Source: Candidatus Latescibacterota bacterium
GTDB lineage: Bacteria > Latescibacterota > UBA2968
Reading direction: 5' to 3'
Length of the DNA: 64,000 nt
Assembly: GCA_965222605.1 (NCBI GenBank)
Contig: OZ244960.1
Location: forward strand, 3,936,001-4,000,000
Numbering within the stretch: position 1 is the stretch's first letter; each line of letters begins with the position of its first letter. Made by a program: the position numbers and the translations under genes. The notes beneath the pieces are model-generated. The model was not told where the DNA came from, ran no database searches, and saw nothing but the letters and a program-made list of their open reading frames with translations. Shown piece after piece: positions 9,546 to 18,923 of the stretch.

Positions 9546-9734
9546 TTAACCGCGTCCACTTTTATTTTTGGTGCGGTCAACGATGCGATAACCTTGGTTT
9601 TTTTTTGGTGTTGGCGGCAGAGGTTCCCCCTTCACAACAGTTCTTTCCTGACCAGTTCGACCTCCGCGTGGGCCAATGATCTCATATTGGCCAGAGGCAG
9701 GGGCTCTTTGACCCGATCGATGTTGCTTGCTCAT
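9546..9734 (-). CDS. YjzC-like small protein
   Basis: GQRAPASGQY..IGPRGG..GEPLPPTP motif; strong GGGAGGTG RBS. Confidence 0.75.
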   Translation of the reverse strand: MSKQHRSGQRAPASGQYEIIGPRGGRTGQERTVVKGEPLPPTPKKNQGYRIVDRTKNKSGRG

Positions 9735-9839
9735 ATAATCACCTCCCTTTCATCTTGATATTTTAAATTATCGCCATATATTCTATGACATTTTGTATCA
9801 ATTTTTATGACGATAGAAATATAAAGGGTTTAGATCGCT

Positions 9840-10178
9840 ATGTCAACCCCTACTGCTGGTACATTTCCTTATAATCTCAAAAAAGCAAGAGAAATCAAAG
9901 GATTAAGCCAAACTGAGCTTGCTAAAAGATCTGGACTTCAGCCTTCCGCAGTCTCACATTTTGAGACGGGTAGGCGGACACCATCCTTTGATAACTTAAA
10001 GCGTTTGGCAGACACCCTTGAGGTCACAACTGACTTTCTGATGGGTCGTGAAATTGATCCGACTACGTCTGGCCCGACCTTACAAAGCATTTTCAGAAAT
10101 GCTCAAGAAATGGCAGATGATGACCGTCAGAAATTGGCTGAGTTCGCGGAATTTCTTGCCAGAAAAAAGAAATCGTAG
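9840..10178 (+). CDS. XRE/Cro-CI family HTH transcriptional regulator
   Basis: LKKAREIKGLSQTELAKRSGLQPSAVSHFETGRRTPS..L..LAD.LEVTTDFL. Confidence 0.92.
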   Translation: MSTPTAGTFPYNLKKAREIKGLSQTELAKRSGLQPSAVSHFETGRRTPSFDNLKRLADTLEVTTDFLMGREIDPTTSGPTLQSIFRNAQEMADDDRQKLAEFAEFLARKKKS

Positions 10179-10193
10179 TGGTAGGAGTAACTT

Positions 10194-11054
10194 GTGAATC
10201 AAGGACAGCGATTATTGCAGGCAGAAGCCCATGCTGAAAATTTGGTGAAACAGCTTGGTATTGTATCTCTTCCTATCAACTCCATTGAGATTGCCGAGCA
10301 ACATGAAATCAGGTGTAAGCGTGAAGAGATACAGGGGTTTTCCGGTTGCTTGATAAAACAAGGAGATGTTTTCGGCATTCTTTATTCATCTAAATTCAAC
10401 AATGAAGGGTTTATTCGGTTCACTGTAGCACATGAATTAGGGCACTATTTCTTACCAAGCCACCCGGAACTTTTATTTCCAGAAGGTGATGGTATTCATC
10501 GCTCTCACAACGGATTTACAGCCAGTGCCATTCACGAGCTTGAGGCCGACCACTTTGCCGCAGCGCTACTCATGCCTCGACATTTATTTGGAACAGCACT
10601 CGGTCAAGAGACAATTCCTGGATTTCATGCAATTGAAGCGCTTTCCGAAAAATGTAAAACATCAATTACTGCTACTGCCATCCGATATGCGACCTTTGCA
10701 GACTATCCCGTTGCTCTCATTGTAAGTTCCAATAATAGAGTTGAGTACTCGTTTATGTCTGACACGATGAAAACAAAAATTCAAGGAGCATCGTGGCTAA
10801 AAAAAGGGGAAGGCATACCTCCACAAAGCCAAACTGCTGCATTCAATGAAGATCAAAACAACATTCTATCGGGTGCAAAAGTGGAAAGTAGCTCCTACTT
10901 GGATGCCTGGTTTGCAGGAGCACAGTCGGAGGAAATCAATGAAGATGTGATCGGACTGGGTGGATATGGAAAGGCCTTGACTGTTCTATTTTGCGAAGAA
11001 TCACTTGCAGATGATAATGAATTAAATTTCTTTGATTATGGCTACCCTGAGTAA
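10194..11054 (+). CDS. ImmA/IrrE family Zn metallopeptidase (CapP-like architecture)
   Basis: RFTVAHELGHY (HExxH), ELEADHFAAALLMP, central HTH-like part and a long C-terminal domain. Confidence 0.9.
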   Translation: MNQGQRLLQAEAHAENLVKQLGIVSLPINSIEIAEQHEIRCKREEIQGFSGCLIKQGDVFGILYSSKFNNEGFIRFTVAHELGHYFLPSHPELLFPEGDGIHRSHNGFTASAIHELEADHFAAALLMPRHLFGTALGQETIPGFHAIEALSEKCKTSITATAIRYATFADYPVALIVSSNNRVEYSFMSDTMKTKIQGASWLKKGEGIPPQSQTAAFNEDQNNILSGAKVESSSYLDAWFAGAQSEEINEDVIGLGGYGKALTVLFCEESLADDNELNFFDYGYPE

Positions 11055-11298
11055 TTACACCCTGCGACTGCTCGCCTCGCTTAAAGCTGAGGCGGAAAAA
11101 GTGGTGGAGGAAGAGGGTACAACGCTCAACCAGTTTATTAACGTGGCTGTAGCGGAGAAGGTGGCTGCTTTGCGGACGGCTCGCTACTTTCAAGAACGTG
11201 CCACATGTGCCGATTTGGAGGCTTTTGATCGTTTTCTGGAGACGTCGGGTAATGAGCCACCGTGCAGTGGGGATGAGATATTGCCAGCAGAAAATTGA
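11038..11298 (+). CDS. Ribbon-helix-helix (HicB-like) antitoxin, apparently orphan
   Basis: SNYTLRL..SLK.EAEK..EEEGTTLNQFINVAVAEKVAAL. Confidence 0.72.
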   Translation: MATLSNYTLRLLASLKAEAEKVVEEEGTTLNQFINVAVAEKVAALRTARYFQERATCADLEAFDRFLETSGNEPPCSGDEILPAEN

Positions 11299-11365
11299 TG
11301 TTCGGATGCAGAATCTGTACAGGAAAGGGACTTCTCAACTGATATACTCCGTGAAGGAGTGACAA

Positions 11366-11815
11366 ATGCGACAAACCATTGAAGCTATGATTGATGAACA
11401 GGGCAATGTGCGGTTGCAGCAGCCTATCCAGTTGTCAAAACCGCGACGCGCTTATGTGACGATTCTCGCTGATGAGCAAGATATTCCTGAAGCGGCATTG
11501 TTAAGTGAAGCCGCACTTGCCGAAGACTGGGATTGCCCAGAGGAAGATGCCGCCTGGTCACATCTACACCCTGCGCCTGTTCGCCTCGACTGGCGTCAAG
11601 TGCGTTCTGTTGTCGAGGCTGCCGCTTTAGAGTTGAATTGGAATGTGGAAATCTCCATTGATACCGCTGAAAACCTCATTATCGTGGTTGTGCCAGAAGA
11701 TCAGGACGACCTGATGGTGGAGACGGAGTTTGATTTCTACGCATTGATTATGAAGCAATTAGGTCAAGAGGTCTTTAAGGCGATTAATTTCTTTTTTATT
11801 TCGGATTCTGACTGA
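11366..11815 (+). CDS. Antitoxin-like N-terminus fused to an unrelated C-terminal segment
   Basis: TIEA.IDE.GNVRL..P..L..RRA.VTIL and LLSEAALAEDW..PEEDAAWSHL resemble short antitoxins that normally end here. Confidence 0.55.
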   Translation: MRQTIEAMIDEQGNVRLQQPIQLSKPRRAYVTILADEQDIPEAALLSEAALAEDWDCPEEDAAWSHLHPAPVRLDWRQVRSVVEAAALELNWNVEISIDTAENLIIVVVPEDQDDLMVETEFDFYALIMKQLGQEVFKAINFFFISDSD

Positions 11816-11852
11816 CCGAACTTTGTTCATTGAACTTCAGGAGGGGCCATCC

Positions 11853-12023
11853 ATGTCTAAGAACGCATCAGAAGAAGGACTGAAGATATACGTAACCTCA
11901 AGGGGCGGTCAGTATGTCAAAGCAGATGAATTGCTTGCCAGTCCCAAGGTGCGCGAAATTATAAAAAAAATGGCGGATATTTCCGTTGAGCGAAAGTCAT
12001 CTGGCGCGTCTCCGAGTAAGTAG
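11853..12023 (+). CDS. Small hypothetical protein (56 aa)
   Basis: AGGAGGGG RBS before the ATG at 11853. Confidence 0.45.
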   Translation: MSKNASEEGLKIYVTSRGGQYVKADELLASPKVREIIKKMADISVERKSSGASPSK

Positions 12024-12091
12024 TACAAATTATTTCAGCAAGAAGGATCATCCGAATAGCCAAACAACCAGATCATATATGGAGAGAACAG

Positions 12092-12313
12092 ATGAATTAT
12101 CAGATAACAGCTCTTATTGAACGCGAGGGCGATGGCTACGTATCTCGGTGTCCTGAATTAGATGTGACCAGCCAGGGAGATAGTATTGAAGAGGCACGAG
12201 CTAATTTACAAGAGGCTGTGGAGTTGTTTTTGGAATGTGCTTCGCCTGAAGAAATAGAGGAGCGTCTTCACAACGGGATGTACGTCACGCGGCTTGAGGT
12301 GGCTGTTGGCTAA
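12092..12313 (+). CDS. hicB: Short HicB family antitoxin
   Basis: IEREGDGYVSRCPELDVTSQGDSIEEARANLQEAVELFLE. Confidence 0.88.
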   Translation: MNYQITALIEREGDGYVSRCPELDVTSQGDSIEEARANLQEAVELFLECASPEEIEERLHNGMYVTRLEVAVG

Positions 12314-12524
12314 ATTGCGGATTTTGTCTGGGAAGGCAGTGTGTGACATCCTCGCCAAGCACGGTTTTGAAGAAGTCCGCAGACGAGGTAGCCATATAGT
12401 CATGCAGCGGAAATTCAAAACTGGAACGAATACAGTGCCCGTGCCAGATCACAAGGAATTGCGTATTGGTACGTTGCATTCGATAATTCGTCAGTCGGGA
12501 GTGGCGCGGTCTGCTTTTGAATAG
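12306..12524 (+). CDS. hicA: HicA family mRNA interferase toxin
   Basis: LSGKAVCDILAKHGF..VRRRGSHIVM..VPVPDHKELRIGTLHSIIRQSG; TTG start overlaps the hicB stop. Confidence 0.88.
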   Translation: MAKLRILSGKAVCDILAKHGFEEVRRRGSHIVMQRKFKTGTNTVPVPDHKELRIGTLHSIIRQSGVARSAFE

Positions 12525-12582
12525 CACATGTAGAAAATGCCGAAGAAACGTTGCGTGATGCATAGAAAGTTGGAAAGCCCCA

Positions 12583-15500
12583 GTGACCAGTAAACCCACA
12601 TCCGAAAAAGACTTTGAGAACGCGATTGAAGCGTGGCTGGTAGATCGCGCTGGATATGCCAAAGCTGATAATCGCCAGTTTGATCCCGAACTCGGTCTGG
12701 ACAAACACACGTTGCTCGCGTTTCTCAATGAGACGCAGCCCGATACAATGGATGCGCTCAAAAGGAGCTATGGCAACGCGGTGGAGGAGGCAGTTGTCAA
12801 GCGGATTGCCTCTGAGTGCGATAAGCGCGGGTTGCTCGATGTGGTGCGGAATGGCGTGCGTGACCGGGGGCAACATCTGCGTCTGGCGTATTTTCGTCCG
12901 CCGACCCATCTGAATGTCGAAACGGAAAAACGCTATAATCAGAATCGTCTCACGGTGATGCGACAGGTGCGTTATGATGTGGAGAGCAATCATTCGATTG
13001 ATATGCTTTTGTCGCTCAACGGTCTGCCCATTGCTACGGTTGAACTCAAAAATGCTTTCACAGGACAGCGTACGGGTCACGCTATTCAGCAATATATCAA
13101 GGACCGCGTTCCTACGGTCAGAACACCCCTTATCCAGTTTAAAAAACGCGCGCTCGTGCATTTTGCCGTCGATACCGATGACGTGTATATGACGACGCGG
13201 CTTTCGGGTGATAAGACTTTCTTCCTGCCTTTTAATACGGGTAATAAAGGCGGTAAAGGCAATCCAGACGATCACCAGTATCAGACGGGATACAAAACCG
13301 GTTATCTCTGGGAAGAAATCTGGCAGCGCGACAGTTGGTTGGATATTATCCACAGATTTATCCACCTTTATGTGGAAAAGACTACCGACGTCACCACGCG
13401 CAAAACCACCACCAGAGAAACCCTGATTTTTCCCCGCTATCACCAGCTCACCGCTGTTCGCAATCTGATTGCAGATACCAGAGCCAAAGGTGTGGGCACA
13501 CATCTGATTCAGCACAGTGCTGGGTCGGGTAAGACCAATACGATTTCGTGGCTCGCCCATCAGCTTGCCAGTATCCACGATGATGCGGATGCGCCTATTT
13601 TCAATTCGGTTGTGGTTGTTTCTGACAGGCGCAATCTGGACAAGCAGTTGCAGGATAATATCTATCAGATTGAACACAAGCAGGGTGTGGTTGTCAAGAT
13701 TGATGAGGACCGCAATTCGAGTGATCTGGCGGATGAACTCAATAAGGGGACGAAGATCATCATTACGACGCTGCAAAAATTTTCTTTTTTGATGGGCAAG
13801 GTGGAAGATCTGTCAGACAGGACATTCGCGGTGATTGTGGATGAGGCTCATAGCAGTCAGGGGGGGCGAAGTGCGAGCAATTTGCGCGGTGTGTTGGGTG
13901 GGCTTGAGCAAGCAGAGACTGAGGAGGCTGAGGGGGAAGACCCGCCCGATATGGAAGATCTGATTCTTGCGGAGGCCAAACGCCGGGGACCGCAGCCGAA
14001 TATCAATTTTTATGCTTTTACGGCTACGCCTAAACACCGCACGCTCGAAATGTTTGGCGTGCGCGATGCAGAGGGCAATCCGCAGCCGTTCCATCTTTAC
14101 GCCATGCGTCAGGGTATTGAAGAGGGTTTTATTCACGATGTGCTCAAGCATTATACCACTTACAGGACGTATTACAAATTGTCCAAAGCGATTGAAGACG
14201 ATCCCGAGGTGGATGAGAGCAAGGCGAAGCGGGCTATTGCGCGGTTTATGAGTTTGCATCCGCACAATATCGCGCAGAAGACGGAAATTATGGTTGAGCA
14301 TTTTCGGGCTTTTACCCGCAAGAAGATCAATGGCAATGCGAAAGCGATGGTTGTTACACGCTCGCGGTTACATGCGGTGCGCTACAAACAGGCTTTTGAC
14401 AGGTATATCGAGGCAAGAGGATATACAGATCTCAAAACACTTGTGGCGTTTTCTGGAACTGTTGTCGATCCAGATGTCGAAGATAAGCATTACACAGAGG
14501 CGAGCATGAACGGCATTAGTGAACGAGAATTGCCCGCCCATTTTGCTACGCCCGAATATCAGATATTGATTGTCGCGGAGAAGTATCAGACTGGATTTGA
14601 TCAACCTCTTTTGCATACGATGTTCGTCGATAAGCGGCTTGCAGACTTGAAAGCGGTTCAGACTCTGTCGCGTCTCAACCGCACAGCAGGCGGAAAGGTA
14701 GATACGTTTGTGCTGGATTTTGCCAATGAGATTGACGAGATCAAAGAGGCGTTCAAGCCGTATTACGAACAGACGGAGATCGATGAACCGACCGATCCCA
14801 ACCATCTCTATACGTTGGATGCAATACTGAAAAGTGAACCCGTGCTGCGCGATGAGGAGATTGAGGAATTTGCCAGGACCTATTTCAAGCTCCAACCACT
14901 TCAAACAAAGCATGATCACGGGCAACTCAACAAATGGATCGATCCCTCTGTGGAGCGATTCAAGCAATCTTACGGTGTATCGGGTTTGGGTGGGGAAGCG
15001 TACACGGAAGAAGGCGAAATTTTCAAAAGCACCTTGCAGAGCTTTATACGGCTGTATGGCTTTTTGAGTCAGATTATCGAATGGCAGGATCCCGAGTTGG
15101 AAAAGCTCTATGCGTATGCGCGGTATTTGTTCACCAAATTGCCTCGCCGTTCGGGGGAGGGCATGTTGGAACTCGACGACGAAGTCGCACTTTCACACTA
15201 TCGCAACGAGATGACATTTTCTGGTAGCGGGGCATTGGAGGTGAGGGACAAAGAGTTTGTGCAGGGCGTGGGTGATGTTGGTACGGCAAAGGCCAAAGAC
15301 GACCATACCGCACCGCTATCGTCTATTATTGAAGTGATTAATGAGCGGTTTGGCACCAGTTGGACGGATGAGGATAAATTGCTATTTGATCAGATTTCAG
15401 GCGATATGGTGCGAAATGCACGTCTTGCGGAACAGGCGCAGGCCAATTCAATTGAGCAGTTTAAGCAGGTTTTTGAACCCGAGGTGATGAAAGCATTTGT

Positions 15501-15615
15501 TCAACGGCAAGGCAGAAATCAGAAGATTGTGAACGATTTTATGTCTGATAAAGCTCTGCGCGATTTCATCATGGACGCATTGCTCAAAGAGGTTTATCAC
15601 ACTGCTCGAGTTTGA
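12583..15615 (+). CDS. hsdR: Type I restriction endonuclease subunit R
   Basis: D..LNGLP...ELK nuclease motif, QHSAGSGKT Walker A, DEAH, AFTATP, QTGFDQP, VQTLSRLNR. Confidence 0.96.
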   Translation: MTSKPTSEKDFENAIEAWLVDRAGYAKADNRQFDPELGLDKHTLLAFLNETQPDTMDALKRSYGNAVEEAVVKRIASECDKRGLLDVVRNGVRDRGQHLRLAYFRPPTHLNVETEKRYNQNRLTVMRQVRYDVESNHSIDMLLSLNGLPIATVELKNAFTGQRTGHAIQQYIKDRVPTVRTPLIQFKKRALVHFAVDTDDVYMTTRLSGDKTFFLPFNTGNKGGKGNPDDHQYQTGYKTGYLWEEIWQRDSWLDIIHRFIHLYVEKTTDVTTRKTTTRETLIFPRYHQLTAVRNLIADTRAKGVGTHLIQHSAGSGKTNTISWLAHQLASIHDDADAPIFNSVVVVSDRRNLDKQLQDNIYQIEHKQGVVVKIDEDRNSSDLADELNKGTKIIITTLQKFSFLMGKVEDLSDRTFAVIVDEAHSSQGGRSASNLRGVLGGLEQAETEEAEGEDPPDMEDLILAEAKRRGPQPNINFYAFTATPKHRTLEMFGVRDAEGNPQPFHLYAMRQGIEEGFIHDVLKHYTTYRTYYKLSKAIEDDPEVDESKAKRAIARFMSLHPHNIAQKTEIMVEHFRAFTRKKINGNAKAMVVTRSRLHAVRYKQAFDRYIEARGYTDLKTLVAFSGTVVDPDVEDKHYTEASMNGISERELPAHFATPEYQILIVAEKYQTGFDQPLLHTMFVDKRLADLKAVQTLSRLNRTAGGKVDTFVLDFANEIDEIKEAFKPYYEQTEIDEPTDPNHLYTLDAILKSEPVLRDEEIEEFARTYFKLQPLQTKHDHGQLNKWIDPSVERFKQSYGVSGLGGEAYTEEGEIFKSTLQSFIRLYGFLSQIIEWQDPELEKLYAYARYLFTKLPRRSGEGMLELDDEVALSHYRNEMTFSGSGALEVRDKEFVQGVGDVGTAKAKDDHTAPLSSIIEVINERFGTSWTDEDKLLFDQISGDMVRNARLAEQAQANSIEQFKQVFEPEVMKAFVQRQGRNQKIVNDFMSDKALRDFIMDALLKEVYHTARV

Positions 15616-15643
15616 GAATGCAAAGAGGTTTACATGCGGAACG

Positions 15644-15690
15644 GGGCAATCAGTCCACAAGAGCGGGACACTGATTGCCCTTTATTTTTT
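15644..15690 (+). terminator. Intrinsic terminator after hsdR
   Basis: GGGCAATCAGT..ACTGATTGCCC stem followed by TTTATTTTTT. Confidence 0.75.
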
Positions 15691-15734
15691 AGTATTATAT
15701 TGCTATCTCGACAAAAAATTGTTATTATTTCGAT

Positions 15735-16931
15735 ATGATTCATAAATTTTCCATATCTAACTTCCATTCGGTCCGCGAAGAAGTCGTTCTTGATCTGCGT
15801 ATTCCGGGAACTGCTCCCGACCTGCCGCGGTTCCGAAGGAGCACAGCAAAGCCGGATATTCGGCTTCCTTCTGTGGTCGTGCTCATAGGTCCCAATGGGT
15901 CTGGCAAGTCAACATTGCTCAGTGCGCTGGTCGCTACAGCCTTCGCTGCTTCATTCGCATCATCCACTGAGGAGATCAGGCCGATCAAAACCTTTTTCCC
16001 CTTTTTTTCTAAGGAAAGCAGAAATGAACCAACGCGGTTTTGCCTGGAGTTTGAAGCAGATTGGCTGGGCGAAGCCCATCAGTTGTTCCGATACGAGTTG
16101 GCGGTGGTATGCGGTGGTAATGATCCTTTCTTTTCTTACGAAGCCTTGTCCCACTTCCCAAAGGGCCGTCCCCGGCGCCTTTTCGAGCGCGGTGCTCCAG
16201 GAGAACCTATATATGTTTCCAGCGAATTTGGTCTTAAACCCGGGGATGATCGCCTCCAAGCAGTTCGAGCGGATACATCTGTGATCGCCACGCTCGCCCT
16301 GCTCAATGTGCCCATGGCGGTGCGTCTTGCAAAATGGATGGAATTTTTTCTTGTGTCAACTAATATCAGATTTCATGAAAGATGGGCACTTCCGACCCAA
16401 ACGGTGATGGATATGTTCGAGAATGATTCCGATCTGAGATCCTGGATTAGAAATCATATTCGATCCAGTGATTTGGGAATTCAGGATATAAATATTTCTG
16501 ACCAATCTGGGACAAAGGAAGCGTTCTTTGACCATCACGGGCTTGATACGCCGATCCCCCTGCGTTTTGAATCCAGTGGAACGAAACGCCTATTCCATCT
16601 ACTGCCTCAGATCGTTGTCGCGCTGCGCATCGGTGTTCCTGCTGTTCTCGACGAGATAGATGGCGATCTTCATGTGGATATCGCTGGCGAAATTCTTAGC
16701 TGGTTCCGTTCCCATGAGATCAATCCTTTTGGCGCACAGCTTTTTGTCTCCTCTCACAATGTCGGTCTGCTCGATAATCTGGAAAAGGAGGAGATTTTTA
16801 TCGTCGAGAAGGATAGCAGTGGCGCAACTCGTGTGCATGGAGCACAAGATGTGCAGGGTCTCCGCCGAGATACACGTCTCTATCCCAAATACCGGGCGGG
16901 GGTGCTCGGTGGTATTCCAAAGATTGGCTAA
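15735..16931 (+). CDS. AAA_21-type ABC ATPase (RloA/AbiLi-like)
   Basis: ISNFHS, GPNGSGKST, ESSGT signature, LDEID..LH, SSHN, Y..G.LGG.P C-terminus. Confidence 0.85.
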   Translation: MIHKFSISNFHSVREEVVLDLRIPGTAPDLPRFRRSTAKPDIRLPSVVVLIGPNGSGKSTLLSALVATAFAASFASSTEEIRPIKTFFPFFSKESRNEPTRFCLEFEADWLGEAHQLFRYELAVVCGGNDPFFSYEALSHFPKGRPRRLFERGAPGEPIYVSSEFGLKPGDDRLQAVRADTSVIATLALLNVPMAVRLAKWMEFFLVSTNIRFHERWALPTQTVMDMFENDSDLRSWIRNHIRSSDLGIQDINISDQSGTKEAFFDHHGLDTPIPLRFESSGTKRLFHLLPQIVVALRIGVPAVLDEIDGDLHVDIAGEILSWFRSHEINPFGAQLFVSSHNVGLLDNLEKEEIFIVEKDSSGATRVHGAQDVQGLRRDTRLYPKYRAGVLGGIPKIG

Positions 16932-16937
16932 AAATCG

Positions 16938-17477
16938 ATGCGTCGCTACAGGGTTCCACTCAGGCGGGTCATATTCATCGGGGTTGAGGGGACGAGTGAC
17001 CGGGCCTTCGTTAGATTCCTCCAAAACTGTTGCGACGAGAAGGGCTTACATCTGCACCTGAACGTTGGGTTGGGATACGGCGGCGATTCAGTAGTCGTAG
17101 TCGAGGAAGCCGCCCGCTATTTGAATAGACATTTCGAAAGGCGGGACATTAGCGATAAGCTGGTGTTGCTTGATGCGGACCGTATTAGACAAGACAAACA
17201 GGCCGGACGCGACGCGCAAAGTGTGGCGTCGAAGGAGAATTTGGAACTCATTTTTCTGCATCCGAACCTGGAAGGGTTGCTGCTCAGGTTGCATGAAGGA
17301 CACGAGAGTCGAAAAATTGTAAACAATGCGGAGGCGGAACTTCGGAAAGTTTGGCCTGAGTACAGCAAACAACTGACGGCGGATCATTTGAGACAACGTT
17401 TCACTTTATCTGACTTACAGCGGGCCGCCCGACATGACAACGAACTAAAAAGACTTCTCGAAATCCTCCGTCTTTGA
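16938..17477 (+). CDS. RloB-like TOPRIM-fold protein (AbiLii-like)
   Basis: IFIGVEG.SD, LLDAD, PNLEGLLL.H; directly downstream of the ATPase. Confidence 0.78.
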   Translation: MRRYRVPLRRVIFIGVEGTSDRAFVRFLQNCCDEKGLHLHLNVGLGYGGDSVVVVEEAARYLNRHFERRDISDKLVLLDADRIRQDKQAGRDAQSVASKENLELIFLHPNLEGLLLRLHEGHESRKIVNNAEAELRKVWPEYSKQLTADHLRQRFTLSDLQRAARHDNELKRLLEILRL

Positions 17478-17494
17478 TCTCTGTCAAAAAGTAA

Positions 17495-17531
17495 AAAGGA
17501 CATGCACTCGATATATGAATGCGTGTCCTTT
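17495..17531. terminator. Probable bidirectional terminator at the right edge of the defence island
   Basis: AAAGGACATGCA..TGCGTGTCCTTT. Confidence 0.6.
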
Positions 17532-17614
17532 GTAATTTATAACTGATGTTACCCATTATTTCAGATAAGCCATCACACAATGATCCATCACAAAACAAGA
17601 TTAGACAAAGCCAT

Positions 17615-17790
17615 TACGCACAGCGCGTGAGTCCGTCTCGCACCAGACTATCTATTGTCCATCCAACTTTGAAGGCCACTGTATGGCGTATTGTCACAAG
17701 AACGCTTTGCGCTGTGCAAGCCCCCCGCAGGGGCGCCCTTTTTTTGCTTCATTTTTTTGGGCGCGCAAAAAAATGAAGTCGCCGAAGGCA
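17615..17790. repeat. Multi-hairpin intergenic element (REP/MITE-like)
   Basis: GCACAGCGC..GCGCTGTGC and CTTCATTTTTTT-GGGCGCGC-AAAAAAATGAAG inverted repeats. Confidence 0.45.
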
Positions 17791-17862
17791 TGAAAAATAA
17801 AAATAAAAGAAAAAACGATGGTTTATCACCCAAGTATGCGTAACGTCAATACCCACTCAAAA

Positions 17863-18708
17863 TTATCGATCCACCACACACCGGAATCCAAGTGTATCGG
17901 TTTGGAGGTTGGATTGTCGAGCGGCGCGCGCTGTTGTGCGTACCAGGAAGGCGGTGCTGAACCAGGATCCACCGCGTACAACGCGTTCAATGTGCAAGAA
18001 GTGGGTTTTGAGTTCGTAATTGACGGGGTTATCGCTTGGGCTGCGTTGATAGTACGCGCTGTCGTATTCATCTTGTATCCATTCCCAAACATTGCCTGCC
18101 ATGTCTAATACGCCATAGGGACTGCGCCCGTCGCGATTGCCTTCCCGATAATATGCAACAGGTGCTGTGCCGTTGTCAAAGGGATCGCCGCTGTTGAGGT
18201 AGTTGGCGCGGTTGGGGTCTGGGGCAGCGCCCCATGGATAGATGCGACCATCGGTTCCGCGCGCTGCTTTTTCCCATTCGGCTTCGGTGGGCAAGCGTCC
18301 GCCAAGCCATGTGCAGTATTCGCTGGCTTGAAACCAGTTGATGTTGACAACGGGATGTTCGGGCGGGTCGAAGTTGGGCAGTTGGCGTTCCGCAATGGCA
18401 TAGGGGTTCCAGTGGGCATTGCTGACTTCTGTGTGGTCTATGTAATAGGCTTTGAGATGGACGGTGTGTTCTGGTCCTTCATTGCGTATGCCGTTGTTGG
18501 CGCCCATTTCGAAAGTGCCTTCGGGTATTAAGATGAGGGTGTGTGTCGTGCCCACATGGGTTGTGATTTGGATGCCTGTTTGCGTCTGCGATACAACGGG
18601 CGGTGGCGGCTCTGGATCTTCCGGCGGTGCGGTGGGTTTGTCTTTGCATCCGGGCAAGGAGGTAGAGAGGATGATGAGATAGAGGGTTGTACGGGTAAAG
18701 GTCTTCAT
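17863..18708 (-). CDS. Formylglycine-generating enzyme (SUMF1/FGE-sulfatase) family lipoprotein
   Basis: LPGC lipobox, IPEGTFEMG, RLPTEAEWEKAARG, YPWG, DMAGNVWEW, RGGSW, GFRC. Confidence 0.92.
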   Translation of the reverse strand: MKTFTRTTLYLIILSTSLPGCKDKPTAPPEDPEPPPPVVSQTQTGIQITTHVGTTHTLILIPEGTFEMGANNGIRNEGPEHTVHLKAYYIDHTEVSNAHWNPYAIAERQLPNFDPPEHPVVNINWFQASEYCTWLGGRLPTEAEWEKAARGTDGRIYPWGAAPDPNRANYLNSGDPFDNGTAPVAYYREGNRDGRSPYGVLDMAGNVWEWIQDEYDSAYYQRSPSDNPVNYELKTHFLHIERVVRGGSWFSTAFLVRTTARAARQSNLQTDTLGFRCVVDR

Positions 18709-18833
18709 ATCGCGATCAGGTAGAGAATGTGTGGGAAAACGGAAAATCAATATAATGCATCTGTCCCAAAAGAGAAACTATATGAGATCCAGGTGGGTCC
18801 AATTGGTGATGGTTTTTCAATATGCTCTATCTA

Positions 18834-18862
18834 TTGACTTGTGAACAAATGTTCACTATATT
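18834..18862 (+). promoter_or_regulatory. Sigma70 promoter with a palindromic operator in the spacer
   Basis: TTGACT-N17-TATATT; the spacer holds GTGAACA-AA-TGTTCAC (18841-18856). Confidence 0.7.
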
Positions 18863-18923
18863 CTTCGTGCTCAATGAGTAATGGTTTTTCAATACGCTCT
18901 ACTTGTAACGAAGGCGGGTTGTC

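Noticed and set aside
12415-13776. 453-aa minus-strand ORF
   Set aside because: Antisense shadow of hsdR with no recognisable motifs.
3920-17500. Prophage or integrative element
   Set aside because: No integrase, att-like repeats, structural or conjugation genes were seen.
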